A model generated the notes under the pieces. That model made no database searches. It was not told the DNA's origin and saw nothing but the letters and a program-made list of their open reading frames with translations. Of a stretch of DNA of 64,000 nt, positions 43,841-54,261 are shown piece by piece. Source of the DNA: Gemmatimonadota bacterium (GTDB lineage: Bacteria; Latescibacterota; UBA2968; UBA8231). Each line of letters opens with the position of its first letter. Position 1 is the first letter of the stretch. Both the position numbers and the translations under genes were made by a program. The stretch spans positions 361 through 64,360 of the forward strand of contig JAYOKQ010000009.1 in the NCBI GenBank assembly GCA_038119905.1. Direction: 5' to 3'.

Positions 43841-44977
43841 CTAGATCGATAGGGAAAATCCGTCGCGATCTTCCATGCCTTGGGCGAAGATTTTTTCTTC
43901 GACCGCAATACCCGCGCCCGGCGTATCCGGCACGACGAGTTTGCCGTCGATCAGGCTCCAACCGTCCTCTATATAGCCCGGCATATCAGCGGGGGCGGCT
44001 TCGAGGAGGGCGTAGTTGGGAATGGAGGCGGCAAAGTGCGCGTGGTGGTAGCGCTCGATATAGCTACCCCAAGTGTGCGGTGCACACAGCACGTCCCATT
44101 CTTCTAAGCGCGCCGCCGTGGCGCGCCACCAGGTTAGGCCGCTGAAGCGAAAATCGTGCTGCACCACGTCGATAAGGCCGTTCTCTACTAAATCAAAAAA
44201 GTAGGGAGGCGGGGCAAATTCTCCGTCGGCTACCAGCGTGTCCCAATCGTTTTCGACGATGTATTCCTTGAGTGCTTGGTTGAGCGGTCGGTCCTCTGCG
44301 AAGGGCTCCTCAAACCAGTAGATACCAATGTCGGCGCACAGGTCGAGTAGCGCTTTGGCGCTGTTGAGCGTGTTGCCCATATTGGCGTCGATCATAATGC
44401 GTGCGCCGGGATCTAATGCCTGACGCACGGTGCGCACGACTAAGGCATCGCGTCGCAGGCCCTCTTCTGGCTCCATCCAGCGTGCGCCACGTCCCACCTT
44501 GATCTTAAAATGCTTGTATCCGTGCTGCTGCCCGCTTTCGACCTCTTCGCGAAACAGGGCGATGGCTTCGTCATCGCTGAGCTCTAAGTCATCTATGTAA
44601 ATAGAGGCATCGTATAGTTCGACCTGGCGCCGGCCGCGTGCGCCCAGCAGGCGATAGAGCGGCAGGTGCATCAGTCGTGCGACCAAATCCCACAGAGGTA
44701 AGTCGATGGGGCGCCCTATTGGCAGGCAGCCGTCAGGCAGTCGAAAAAGCTCCGTTATGGTCCGACCCAACAGGCTCTCTGCTTCGTCGCGGCCGATCGC
44801 AGACCAGCCAATGCCCCAAGCCCCGTTGGCTGCCTCTATGCGCACAACCGTATCGACCAGACGTGGTCCGTGGGTTGGAATACGCGCGTTGTATCCGATG
44901 GAGCGCGGACGGGTGCCGCGCAGGACGGATTTTTCTATGCGGACAATGGTTTCGTCGGGGGTCTGTGATGTGCTCAT
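43841..44977 (-). CDS. Enolase superfamily (mandelate racemase family) protein
   Basis: FKIKVG (KxK), IMIDANMG, WFEEPF and LVADGEF ligand motifs. Confidence 0.7.
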   Translation of the reverse strand: MSTSQTPDETIVRIEKSVLRGTRPRSIGYNARIPTHGPRLVDTVVRIEAANGAWGIGWSAIGRDEAESLLGRTITELFRLPDGCLPIGRPIDLPLWDLVARLMHLPLYRLLGARGRRQVELYDASIYIDDLELSDDEAIALFREEVESGQQHGYKHFKIKVGRGARWMEPEEGLRRDALVVRTVRQALDPGARIMIDANMGNTLNSAKALLDLCADIGIYWFEEPFAEDRPLNQALKEYIVENDWDTLVADGEFAPPPYFFDLVENGLIDVVQHDFRFSGLTWWRATAARLEEWDVLCAPHTWGSYIERYHHAHFAASIPNYALLEAAPADMPGYIEDGWSLIDGKLVVPDTPGAGIAVEEKIFAQGMEDRDGFSLSI

Positions 44978-44983
44978 AGTGGG

Positions 44984-46141
44984 TTAATCCTTCGCCGTTG
45001 GTAGAAGGCCTTCACCGGCCCAAAGCGCGCTTTCTGGCCAGTGCGCTGACCAAGCAAAGTACATCGCATTATGGCTTGCGAGAAGGCGCAGGGAGCGACC
45101 TTTGAGGGGACCGTCTACGGCCCTGCCCGCCATGTCCCAGATAGAATGTGTTTGCCGGTCGCGCATGTAGAGCGGCAGGTCACCGCGCTGGGTGCTGCAT
45201 TCGAATTCCAGCACCTGTCCGTCGAGTGAGCGGTTAAAGGCCACTCCTGTGGTGTGGGGCTTGTCGTAGACGATCAAGATGGCTAGGTCGCCCAATACAT
45301 CGTTGATAACGGCTCGGTCGGGAAGCCGTGCAAGGGGATAGGCTTTTTGTTGGCGGTGGTGATGGAGGCCCAGCACCGATTCTTTGGCCGGCAGCGCGCT
45401 GCCGGGATCGGCCGTCGAGGGATGGAACATAATCCGTTCTTGATTGGTGCGGTAGTCACCGTAGGGATAGGTGTTATAGGTCTCTTGCGGATAGAGGGCT
45501 TGGATGTAGGAGGGATAGCGATCGAGGCCACTGCTGGCTTGGGCGACCGTCGTATGTGGATGGAGCATTTTCCACAGCTGCCAAGAGGTTTCAATTGCAG
45601 GCAACGGCACCAGGCGCTCTCCGCGTCGTTTTCCGCTAATGGCCGCGTGTACCATCTGCGGATAGAGCGTGTCTTCTTCGTTTCGGTCATAGAGCACGAG
45701 ATTGGAGTTGAGCAGCACGCCAGAGACGCCAAATGTGCGCTGATCGCCGTCGGGGGTACGCGCGTCAAAAACAAGGGCACTGCCGGTCAGTGGGCACAGT
45801 GAGAAAGCGAGCGGCATACCGCCGAGCGTGTCGTTGATCACTTCGTGTTTCCAGCCGAGTCGATGGGGATAGGCGCGCGCCTGTCCATTGATGAGCACGC
45901 CGACGATGCGATCGGTGTCGAGAAGATAGAGGGCTGAGTCGGGCGGCACGGCGCGTGGGTTGGTCATCGCGGGGATGCCGTCGCGCGGAATGCCACCTGA
46001 GCGCAGGTGATTAGGCAATTCGTCGAGGCGCTCGTATAGATCGGCTCCTGCGGGCAGGGAACTCAGCAGGCCAAGAAAGAGGCTCAGTTGCTTGAGGCGA
46101 TATAAACTGCGAACCCATGGCGCAGGTCGATATACAGACAT
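44984..46141 (-). CDS. DUF3179 domain-containing secreted protein
   Basis: GIPRDGIPAMTNPR...VGVLINGQARAYPHRLGWKHEVINDTLGG...CPLTGSALVFD matches the DUF3179 pattern as I recall it. ATG 46141 has a GAGGAAAAGAGG SD and is followed by a signal peptide. The track start 46288 runs into the upstream gene. Confidence 0.7.
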   Translation of the reverse strand: MSVYRPAPWVRSLYRLKQLSLFLGLLSSLPAGADLYERLDELPNHLRSGGIPRDGIPAMTNPRAVPPDSALYLLDTDRIVGVLINGQARAYPHRLGWKHEVINDTLGGMPLAFSLCPLTGSALVFDARTPDGDQRTFGVSGVLLNSNLVLYDRNEEDTLYPQMVHAAISGKRRGERLVPLPAIETSWQLWKMLHPHTTVAQASSGLDRYPSYIQALYPQETYNTYPYGDYRTNQERIMFHPSTADPGSALPAKESVLGLHHHRQQKAYPLARLPDRAVINDVLGDLAILIVYDKPHTTGVAFNRSLDGQVLEFECSTQRGDLPLYMRDRQTHSIWDMAGRAVDGPLKGRSLRLLASHNAMYFAWSAHWPESALWAGEGLLPTAKD

Positions 46142-46151
46142 CCTCTTTTCC

Positions 46152-47705
46152 TCAGCGCGTGAAATCGCGCTCCGGATCATCGCTGACGATGTGTGGAGCA
46201 TACAGGGGGCTGTCGGCCTCGACGAGGCGGCCGTCGCCCCGTGCGATTTGGTTGGGTGTCTTGCAGGACACCCGGGCTGGATAATCACGCTTCAATTCAG
46301 CGCTCTGTTTAGCTCGCAGCTTTTCCACTTCGTCGAAGCTAAAGTCTGCCAGGGCGGCCTGACGCAGAGCCAGTAGTTCGGGTGATGATTCGATAGGTGT
46401 TTGTCTCAGCAGATCGACCTGTTCGTCCGGATCGTTCTCCAAGTCGAAGGCCAAATCGGCGCAGTCGCGAAAAGCGACATACTTGTAGCGAGCGTTCCGC
46501 GCCATGCGGAATTCTGTTCCCGCGCCCCAACGTGGAGCCAGCGACTCGGTGAGAACGGCTGGGCGACTTTCCAACTCGTTACAGGTGCTGCCTTCGATGG
46601 CAGAGCTTAGGTCAATGCCGTCGAGATCTCCGGGTGGAGCCACCTGGGCTAACCCGCACAGGGTCGGAAATACATCGGCTAAGCTAACGGGGGTAGCAAT
46701 GGTCTGGGCCGGCTCTTCGCCGCGCCGTTGGGCCGGTGTGGAGACGATGAGCGGCACGCGCGCTGAAGCTTCGTGCCAGGTGTTCTTCCAAAAAAGCCCG
46801 TGTTCACCGGCAAGCTCACCGTGATCCGACGTGTATATGATAACGGTGTTGTCGAGCAGTCCGTCCCGCTGTAACAGGGCGAGGAAGTCGCCGATTATCT
46901 CATCGAGGAAGTCGACGCAGGCGAAATATGCGGCGCGTGCCTTCATCATTTCGTCCTCATCAATTTCTTCGCAGCGAAAGCCGGCGATGGCGCCAACGGT
47001 CATTGGGTGATCGGCGCTGTCGCCGCTGCGACCTATGCGTGGAGGTGTTACCCCCGATGGATAGTAGCGGTCGAAAAAGCGGGGCGGAGCGGTTAGCGGA
47101 AAGTGGGGCCGACTAAACGAAGCGTAGAGTAGCCAGGGTTGCTCGGCAGCCCGGTGTCGGTGTGCCCGCAGCCAGGCGATCGATTCGCGGGCGACGACCT
47201 GCTCTTGTAGTTGGGATTCGGGTATCTGGCTTAGGCCGGCATCGGCCGTGCGCGAGCGCATGTCCATACCCGGTCGAAGAGTGTCGCTGTAGAGGTCGAG
47301 TGGGTCGAATTGATGCGCACAAGGACCGCCGAAGTCACCGTAGGGGCGCGCTTGGAAACCGGCCCACTGCCGGCTGCCGCCTAGGTGTAACTTGCCCACG
47401 GTGCAGGTGGCATAGCCGGCTTCGCCCAAGGCGTTAGCGAACGTGGGAACATCTGGCGGTAGGATGGAATTATTGCCCCAAGCACCGCAGCGATGAGCGT
47501 GGCGACCGCATAGCATCGAGATGCGGCTAGGGGAGCACAGGGGCATCTGACAATAGGCGGTAGAAAAATGCGTGCCGTGATCGATTAGTCCGTCTAATGT
47601 CGGAGTATGACAGGGTTCGCCGCCTTCGGTTGGAGATTGCTTAGAAAGAAAGCGGTACGAATGTTCGTCGGATTGGAGCAGCAGAATATTAGGTGGCGTC
47701 GCCAT
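46152..47705 (-). CDS. Sulfatase (choline-sulfatase/arylsulfatase-like), no signal peptide
   Basis: NILLLQSDEH, formylglycine motif LCSPSRISMLCGR, and SDHGE. Confidence 0.85.
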   Translation of the reverse strand: MATPPNILLLQSDEHSYRFLSKQSPTEGGEPCHTPTLDGLIDHGTHFSTAYCQMPLCSPSRISMLCGRHAHRCGAWGNNSILPPDVPTFANALGEAGYATCTVGKLHLGGSRQWAGFQARPYGDFGGPCAHQFDPLDLYSDTLRPGMDMRSRTADAGLSQIPESQLQEQVVARESIAWLRAHRHRAAEQPWLLYASFSRPHFPLTAPPRFFDRYYPSGVTPPRIGRSGDSADHPMTVGAIAGFRCEEIDEDEMMKARAAYFACVDFLDEIIGDFLALLQRDGLLDNTVIIYTSDHGELAGEHGLFWKNTWHEASARVPLIVSTPAQRRGEEPAQTIATPVSLADVFPTLCGLAQVAPPGDLDGIDLSSAIEGSTCNELESRPAVLTESLAPRWGAGTEFRMARNARYKYVAFRDCADLAFDLENDPDEQVDLLRQTPIESSPELLALRQAALADFSFDEVEKLRAKQSAELKRDYPARVSCKTPNQIARGDGRLVEADSPLYAPHIVSDDPERDFTR

Positions 47706-47842
47706 AGCTTTCTCCTTTGTAGTGCGGAGTTCCGTAGTGTAGGGAAATTTTGGATCCCTAGCCAGCGCGTTTTTCCCGCGGAGGCGATAACTTTCAATCT
47801 CAGGTGCTCAGGAGGAATATATGCGCGGGGAATAATTATTTT

Positions 47843-47868
47843 TAAGTCTTTTAAAATATTGCCGATAT
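47843..47868 (+). promoter_or_regulatory. Sigma28 (FliA/SigD)-type promoter upstream of the MCP gene
   Basis: TAAG (47843-47846)-N14-GCCGATAT (47861-47868). The -10 equals the GCCGATAT/GCCGATAA consensus and the -35 is 3/4 of TAAA. It lies about 95 nt upstream of ATG 47964. Confidence 0.5.
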
Positions 47869-47963
47869 TGTATCTTACACGCTGAAGCCGTGCCCGTTGT
47901 GGATCGTTCGGTACGCCTCTTGCTTTAGAGAATGAGATACTTCCGCTGAAGGAGCTATAGAGA

Positions 47964-49583
47964 ATGTTTGGACGCAAACCCAAAGTAGTAGAGAAAAAAG
48001 AGCGCGTTTATCAGACCGGACGCATTTCCGTCAGTGACGGAGAGATTGAAAAGCGTTTGCGTTTTCAGGGGCTTACGGAGCGCGACTTAGGGGTCATCTT
48101 GACCTGGGCCGACACGCTGCGTCCCCAAATAGAGACCCTCTGCGATCGCTTTTATGCACACATACAGAGCAACCCAATTACGCAGGACTTCCTCACTCGA
48201 TTTACGACCGTTGAAAAACAGCGTCCGCTGCTGACGCGATACATACTCACGATGCTATCGGGGTCCATTGACGACGATTACGTCGAGTCGCGCCGTCGCG
48301 TTGGCGCACGCCATAATGATATCGACCTCGACTTCAACTGGTACGTTTCAATGTATGAAGTCATTCGTCAGGTGCTCGTTGAAGGCGTGTCAGGTGCGGG
48401 CGCCACAGCCGAAGAACTGCACACGTTCAAAGATGCCTTAAACCGTCTTATCCAGACGGACGTCGCTCTCGTGAGCAACGCGCTGGCACAGGCACAGCGC
48501 AAACTGAGCGAAGAGATTGAACGTCAGCGCGACAGCGTCGTTACGTTTTTCAATGATACGTCTGAGATTCTGGCACGGATGTCCGATCGCGATCTGTCTA
48601 TGCGCATGGACAAGACGTATGAAGAAGAATTCATGCGGGTGCGCGATGCGCTCAACCGCGCCTTGGATAACCTGGACGAAGGGCTTTCTCAGGTAGCTGT
48701 TAGCTCCGATCAGATCTCTTCGGCCTCGGGCCAGATTAGCGACGGTAGCCAGTCGCTCGCACAGGGTGCGACGCAGCAGGCCTCTACGCTAGAAGAGGTG
48801 GCCTCGAGCCTGGAGGAAATCACCTCCATGTCTAAACAGAACACGGCCAATGCCCAGCAGGCGCGCGCTATGTCGGAAGAAGCCGGTCGCAGCACGGACA
48901 AGGGTGTCGAGTCGATGAAGCGGCTCTCGCAGGCCATTGACCGAATCAAAAATTCGTCCGATGAAACAGCTCGAATCGTTAAGACCATCGACGAAATTGC
49001 GTTCCAGACGAATCTACTTGCCCTGAATGCCGCCGTTGAAGCCGCCCGCGCCGGCGAGGCGGGCAAAGGGTTTGCTGTGGTTGCCGAAGAGGTGCGTAAC
49101 CTGGCTATGCGCTCGGCAGAGGCTGCTAAGAACACGGCTGAAATGATCCAGGAATCGGTGCAAAATGCCTCCGACGGCGTAGCGCTCAACCAAGAGGTAT
49201 TGGATAATCTCGAAGAAATTAACAAGCAGGTTCAGCGCGTGGGTGACGTTATGGCTGAGATTTCGGCCGCCTCGAGCCAGCAGGAACAGGGCGTGGGGCA
49301 GATCAGCCAGGGCGTGGGCCAACTCAATCAACTGACGCAGCAGAACGCGGCAAACGCCGAAGAATCCGCTGCCGCTTCGGAAGAGCTTTCGGCACAGGCC
49401 GAAGAGATGCGTTCCTTGGTGCGCGCCTTCCAGTTGAGCGATGGCGGAGGCTCTTCCAGCGGGAAGGCAGCGCCCAGCAGCCGCGGGGGATCTCGCTCGC
49501 ACAACGGTGCGGCCCGCCCGCGCAAAGCGGAAGAGCTGATTCCGCTGAGCGACGAGGACGAGGATGTGCTCAACGAGTTCTAA
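47964..49583 (+). CDS. Globin-coupled methyl-accepting chemotaxis protein (HemAT-like aerotaxis transducer)
   Basis: N-terminal protoglobin-type sensor (LTERDL...FYAHIQSNP..., candidate proximal His in [11 protein letters not shown]). No TM segment. The C-terminal MCP signalling hairpin is [38 protein letters not shown]. Confidence 0.85.
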   Translation: MFGRKPKVVEKKERVYQTGRISVSDGEIEKRLRFQGLTERDLGVILTWADTLRPQIETLCDRFYAHIQSNPITQDFLTRFTTVEKQRPLLTRYILTMLSGSIDDDYVESRRRVGARHNDIDLDFNWYVSMYEVIRQVLVEGVSGAGATAEELHTFKDALNRLIQTDVALVSNALAQAQRKLSEEIERQRDSVVTFFNDTSEILARMSDRDLSMRMDKTYEEEFMRVRDALNRALDNLDEGLSQVAVSSDQISSASGQISDGSQSLAQGATQQASTLEEVASSLEEITSMSKQNTANAQQARAMSEEAGRSTDKGVESMKRLSQAIDRIKNSSDETARIVKTIDEIAFQTNLLALNAAVEAARAGEAGKGFAVVAEEVRNLAMRSAEAAKNTAEMIQESVQNASDGVALNQEVLDNLEEINKQVQRVGDVMAEISAASSQQEQGVGQISQGVGQLNQLTQQNAANAEESAAASEELSAQAEEMRSLVRAFQLSDGGGSSSGKAAPSSRGGSRSHNGAARPRKAEELIPLSDEDEDVLNEF

Positions 49584-49714
49584 TGGCTGAATCCTGCAAG
49601 CACATGGGCCGGTTAGTTGCTCGCGGTGTACACCTGGCGCTTAAGGGACTGGCCATCATGGGGGTCTTTGTCGCCGTCGAGTTCAGCGGAGCGTACTTCG
49701 CCGAAGACACCTAG
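49583..49714 (+). CDS. Candidate 43-aa ORF translationally coupled to the MCP gene
   Basis: The ATG overlaps the MCP stop (TAATG). [43 protein letters not shown] has one hydrophobic stretch. It is followed by the shared terminator. Confidence 0.3.
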   Translation: MAESCKHMGRLVARGVHLALKGLAIMGVFVAVEFSGAYFAEDT

Positions 49715-49740
49715 TCGGTTGATTTTAAACAGAAAGTAAA

Positions 49741-49777
49741 AGCGGCGGGCTCTCGTAGAGAGCGCTCGCCGCTTTTT
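49741..49777. terminator. Bidirectional rho-independent terminator between the MCP operon and metH
   Basis: AGCGGCG(G)GCTCTC / GAGAGCGC(T)CGCCGCT long stem, with AAAA upstream and TTTTT downstream. It abuts the metH stop codon. Confidence 0.7.
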
Positions 49778-52700
49778 CATTGCGGGTCGTAGGCCAAGTG
49801 GGGTGCTAGCCAGCGCTCTGCTTCCTCGCGCGAAATACCTTTGCGACCGGCATAGTCTTGTACTTGGTCGCGGTCGATTTTACCCACGGAAAAATAGCGC
49901 GCTTGTGCGTGGGAGAAGTAGAGCCCAGAGACGGCGGCAGCCGGCCACATGGCACAGGTTTCGGTTAGGTGCATGCCGCTCAGCTCTTCGACCTGTAGGA
50001 GGGCGAAGAGGGTGCGCTTCTCGCTGTGGTCGGGGCAAGCCGGATAGCCGGGTGCGGGCCGGATACCGCGGTAGCGTTCGCCGATTAGGTCATCGGCCGA
50101 CAGGCTGTGTTCCGCTTCATATCCCCACGCTGCGCGCGCTCGTTCATGCAGCATTTCTGCCAGCGCCTCGGCGAGTCGGTCAGCTAGGGCTTTGAGTAAA
50201 ATCGAGCTATAGTCGTCGTGTTGGCGAGTAAAGCGCTCGATGTGTTCCTCAATATCCAGTCCGGCCGTTACGGCAAAGGCGCCGATATAGTCGGGTACGT
50301 TACTTGTCCGAGGCGCGACAAAGTCGGCAAGAGCGAGCATGGGTTGGGCCGGATCGCGCTTGATGGCTTGCTGGCGCAGCGTGTAGAAACGAGCCGTCTC
50401 GCCCTGGCGCGTCTCGTCATTATACAGGACGATGTCATCCCCATCGCTGTTGGCTGGAAAGAATCTATAGAGTGCTTCGGCGCGCAGCCAGGATTCGGCG
50501 ACGATGCGGTCTAACATGGCTTGAGCATCGGCAAAAAGTTGGCGAGCTTGGGGGCCAATTACAGGGTCGTCGAGCAAGCGTGGAAAGGCGCCGCGCAGCT
50601 CCCATGTATGAAAAAAGGGGGACCAGTCGATGTAGTCGACGAGTTCAGACAGGTCGACGTCGCGCTCGTGCTGTAGCGCTAGCGATGTGGGAGCCGGGGG
50701 GCTAGGAGCCGTCCAATCAATATGCATGGCACGGGCGCGGGCCTCGGAAAATGACATGAGCGACCGCTGCTGCGGGGCGTGGGCAAGGCGCTGCTGCTCC
50801 TGGTGGATGCTGTTTTCGGCTATAAGTGCCTCGCGCTGCGTAGGGCTGAGCAACTGCCCGACAACGCCCGGTGCCCGCGAAGCGTCAGCAACGTGAAGAA
50901 TCGGTTGGTCGTAGACGGGGGCAATTCTGACGGCCGTGTGGCGGCGGCTGGTAGTCGCTCCGCCGATGAGCAGGGGTATGTCGAGTCCCTGGCGCTGCAT
51001 TTCTCGGGCTACGTGTACCATTTCGTCGAGCGACGGGGTGATTAGGCCACTCAGGCCGATGATATCGACCTCCTGTTCGATGGCGGTACGCAGTATGTGT
51101 TCAGCAGACACCATAACGCCTAGGTCAATGATCTCGTAGTTATTGCAGGCCAAAACGACGCCGACGATGTTTTTGCCAATGTCGTGGACGTCGCCGCGCA
51201 CGGTGGCCAATAAGATCTTGCCGCGCGCGTTGGTCGCCCCGCCTGGGCCTTTTTCCGCTTCCATGAGCGGTTCTAAAATTGCGACGGCTTGCTTCATAAT
51301 ACGCGCACTTTTGACGACCTGGGGCAGAAACATTTTACCGGCGCCAAAGAGCTCACCGATGTGATTCATGCCGTCCATGAGAGGGCCCTCGATAATGTCG
51401 AGTGGTCGCTCAAATGTGTCGATGGCTTCGGCGATGTCTTCGTCTATGTGTTCGCCGCGTCCATGCAGTAGGGCATAGCCAAGACGCTCAGTGATGGTGC
51501 CGCTTCTCCAGGCCTGGTCGTCGACCCTCTTTTTGCCGTCTCCGCGCACCGACTCGGCGTATTCAATTAGGCGTTCCGTTGCATCCGTTCGCCGCATAAA
51601 GAGCACATCTTCAACGCGTTCGCGCAGCGGCTCGGGGATGTCTTCGTAGACGGCGAGCTGGCCGGCGTTGACGATGCCCATATCGAGTCCACGCTGAATG
51701 GCGTGATATAGAAAAGCTGCGTGAATCGCTTCGCGCACGTAGTCGTTGCCGCGGAAGGAGAAGGAAATATTGCTGACTCCACCGCTGACTAGTGCCCCTG
51801 GGCAGGTCTGCTTAATCAATCCCACCGCTTCGATAAAATTGAGCGCATAGGCGTCGTGTTCTTCCATGCCGGTCGCCACGGTGAGAATGTTGGGGTCAAA
51901 GATGATGTCGTTGGCCGGCATTCCCACAGTCTCTGTTAGGATCGTATAGGCGCGCTGGCAGATGCGCACCTTGTCGTCTATCTCCGTGGCCTGGCCCCGT
52001 TCGTCGAAGGCCATAACGACGACGGCCGCACCGTAGCGACGGCAAATGGTTGCCTGTTCGACAAACGCTGCTTCGCCTTCTTTTAGGCTGAGAGAGTTGA
52101 CAATTCCCTTGCCCTGCAGGCAGCGCAGGCCGGCTTCGATAACGGTGAACTTAGAGCTGTCGACCATAATGGGAAGGCGAGCGATATCGGGTTCGGCTGC
52201 GATGCGGTTGATGAAGCTGCGCATGGCCTCCTCTGAATCGATTAGCCCCTCATCCATATTAATGTCGATGATATTGGCGCCTCCCTCGACCTGCTGACGG
52301 GCTATTTCCGTAGCCGTTTCGTAGTCCCCGGCCTTTATAAAGCGCGCAAAACGTCGCGACCCTGTGATATTGGTGCGTTCGCCGACAAGGGTAAAGTTGT
52401 CGTCTGGGCCGATGGTGAACGGGTCAATCCCGCTGAAGTGGGGCTCTGCTTTAGCATGAGGGGGCGTGCGCGGGGGGAGATCGGCCACGGCGCGCGCGAT
52501 GGCGTGTATGTGGTCGGGCGTCGTGCCGCAGCAGCCACCGATCAGATTGATAAATCCCTCTTCGGCGTATTGGCGCAGCGTGTGCGCGACTTCGTCTGGC
52601 CCCTGATCGTATGCACCCATCTCATTAGGCAATCCCGCGTTTAGGTAGCAGGAAAAGGGTAGGGGAGCGATGCGGGCCATTTCTTCAATGGCCGGCCGCA

Positions 52701-53466
52701 TGTCCTGTGGTGCCATGCCGCAGTTGATGCCGACAGCGGCCAGTGTGCTGTGCTCTATAGAATACCAGAACGCTTCGGGGGTTTGGCCCGACAGCGTGCG
52801 ATAGCTCAAGTCGGAAAACGTGCCGGATGCTATGATCGGCAGACGGTTTCCAGTATCAACGGCATGGCGCTCAATGGCAAAAAGGCAGGCTTTAAGCGTG
52901 AGGGAATCAAAGACCGTTTCGGCGAGCAAAAGATCGACCCCGCCATCGACGAGGCTGGATACCTGCTGGTAATAGCCCTCGACGACCTCTTCAAAGCGGT
53001 GGGTGCGATAGCCTGGGCGATTGACGTCGGGCGAGAGGGATAAGGTGATATTGGATGGACCGATAGAACCGGCGACCAAGCGCGGTTTTTCCGCCGTGGA
53101 AAAGGCATCGGCCGTCTGTCGGGCCAGACGCGCGGCAGCGAGGTTGATTTCGGCCACGCGATCCGAGAGCCCGTAGTCGGCCATCGAAAAGGGATTGGCG
53201 TTGAAGGTATTGGTCTCAATGATATCCGCCCCCGCTTCGAGGTAACTTCGGTGTATCTCCTCGATAATATGCGGCTGGGTTAGACAAAGTAGATCGTTGC
53301 AGCCGCGCAGTTCACCTAGGTGATCGGTGAATGTGCCGCCGCGAAAATCTGTTTCCTGGAGTTGGTAGGTCTGTATCATCGACCCCATGGCCCCGTCAAG
53401 CACGAGGATGCGCTCTTGCAGCAGGCGGGCCAGGTCGATTGTGGGGCGGTTATGAGCAGCAGTCAT
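49777..53466 (-). CDS. metH: Cobalamin-dependent methionine synthase
   Basis: [11 protein letters not shown]-terminus, [11 protein letters not shown] zinc Cys pair, B12-binding GDVHDIGK, and the C-terminal activation domain. ATG 53466 gives an N-terminus matching E. coli MetH length; track start 53511 is an upstream TTG. Confidence 0.95.
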   Translation of the reverse strand: MTAAHNRPTIDLARLLQERILVLDGAMGSMIQTYQLQETDFRGGTFTDHLGELRGCNDLLCLTQPHIIEEIHRSYLEAGADIIETNTFNANPFSMADYGLSDRVAEINLAAARLARQTADAFSTAEKPRLVAGSIGPSNITLSLSPDVNRPGYRTHRFEEVVEGYYQQVSSLVDGGVDLLLAETVFDSLTLKACLFAIERHAVDTGNRLPIIASGTFSDLSYRTLSGQTPEAFWYSIEHSTLAAVGINCGMAPQDMRPAIEEMARIAPLPFSCYLNAGLPNEMGAYDQGPDEVAHTLRQYAEEGFINLIGGCCGTTPDHIHAIARAVADLPPRTPPHAKAEPHFSGIDPFTIGPDDNFTLVGERTNITGSRRFARFIKAGDYETATEIARQQVEGGANIIDINMDEGLIDSEEAMRSFINRIAAEPDIARLPIMVDSSKFTVIEAGLRCLQGKGIVNSLSLKEGEAAFVEQATICRRYGAAVVVMAFDERGQATEIDDKVRICQRAYTILTETVGMPANDIIFDPNILTVATGMEEHDAYALNFIEAVGLIKQTCPGALVSGGVSNISFSFRGNDYVREAIHAAFLYHAIQRGLDMGIVNAGQLAVYEDIPEPLRERVEDVLFMRRTDATERLIEYAESVRGDGKKRVDDQAWRSGTITERLGYALLHGRGEHIDEDIAEAIDTFERPLDIIEGPLMDGMNHIGELFGAGKMFLPQVVKSARIMKQAVAILEPLMEAEKGPGGATNARGKILLATVRGDVHDIGKNIVGVVLACNNYEIIDLGVMVSAEHILRTAIEQEVDIIGLSGLITPSLDEMVHVAREMQRQGLDIPLLIGGATTSRRHTAVRIAPVYDQPILHVADASRAPGVVGQLLSPTQREALIAENSIHQEQQRLAHAPQQRSLMSFSEARARAMHIDWTAPSPPAPTSLALQHERDVDLSELVDYIDWSPFFHTWELRGAFPRLLDDPVIGPQARQLFADAQAMLDRIVAESWLRAEALYRFFPANSDGDDIVLYNDETRQGETARFYTLRQQAIKRDPAQPMLALADFVAPRTSNVPDYIGAFAVTAGLDIEEHIERFTRQHDDYSSILLKALADRLAEALAEMLHERARAAWGYEAEHSLSADDLIGERYRGIRPAPGYPACPDHSEKRTLFALLQVEELSGMHLTETCAMWPAAAVSGLYFSHAQARYFSVGKIDRDQVQDYAGRKGISREEAERWLAPHLAYDPQ

Positions 53467-53538
53467 GAATGGCAGTCGGCTGTTAAATGGTTGGAAGTTA
53501 AGCTCCTTCAAACTAACGGTCTACCTGTATAAATGTCA

Positions 53539-53558
53539 ATATCAAGATTTATTGATAT
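53539..53558. promoter_or_regulatory. Inverted repeat ATATCAA-N6-TTGATAT in the metH / secreted-protein divergent region
   Basis: Arms at 53539-53545 and 53552-53558 are exact reverse complements, within an AT-rich stretch. Confidence 0.3.
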
Positions 53559-53642
53559 ATGGTATTCGCTCGCTTCGTATGCGGCGAGAGCGGAATTGCT
53601 TATCTTTCCCCCTCACCTGCGATGCCAGGGAGGAGATTACCC

Positions 53643-54257
53643 ATGCACGGCGCGCTATGGATCGGTCTGATACTGGTCACGACGGCCTGGTCGCAAACGC
53701 TTGAAATCGTTTCGGAACAAGGAGATAGGTCAACCATAGAAGTCGGTATAGACGGCGAGGTCGTACTGTCTATCTGCGCCGACCTCGCCGGGGCTGGAAC
53801 CGTTTCGGGATTTGTTTTTCACCTAGCTTTGCCCGCGGGTGCCTTTGCGCTAGAAATGCCAGGGCCTTTTAGGCCGGGTGCGCTTTTTGCCGACGCATCC
53901 GAATTTGCTAATGGGCCGGTGCCTAGCGGGCCGGCCTGGGGCACGGCGGCTGATATCGAGGTTTTGACCTATGCTGCGGTGGTCGGCCCAGCCGTTGAAC
54001 GCGGCAGGACGGGACGAGGTGAGTTGGCGCGTTTGGTGTTGCGCCCGCTGCGAGCGGTGAACGCCTCGATCCACTTTGTCCAATCGCCGGTCTATCCTGC
54101 CAACGTGGTGCTGGGGGACGGACGGGGCGAACGCGTCTTTCGGTCGACGCAGGGAATAGATGTGCACGTACGGCCAGCGCTTCTAAGTAAGGAGGCGTTG
54201 GCAAGGCCCTCGTGGGCGCGGATAAAGAGCGCCTTGGCGACTCGGGAAAAGGACTAG
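53643..54257 (+). CDS. Secreted hypothetical protein, possibly cohesin-like beta-sandwich
   Basis: GGGAGGAG SD before ATG 53643. Signal peptide MHGALWIGLILVTTAWSQ. The body is rich in beta-strand-like alternating patterns (VSGFVFHLALPAGAFAL). The fold assignment is a guess. Confidence 0.5.
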   Translation: MHGALWIGLILVTTAWSQTLEIVSEQGDRSTIEVGIDGEVVLSICADLAGAGTVSGFVFHLALPAGAFALEMPGPFRPGALFADASEFANGPVPSGPAWGTAADIEVLTYAAVVGPAVERGRTGRGELARLVLRPLRAVNASIHFVQSPVYPANVVLGDGRGERVFRSTQGIDVHVRPALLSKEALARPSWARIKSALATREKD

Positions 54258-54261
54258 AGCT

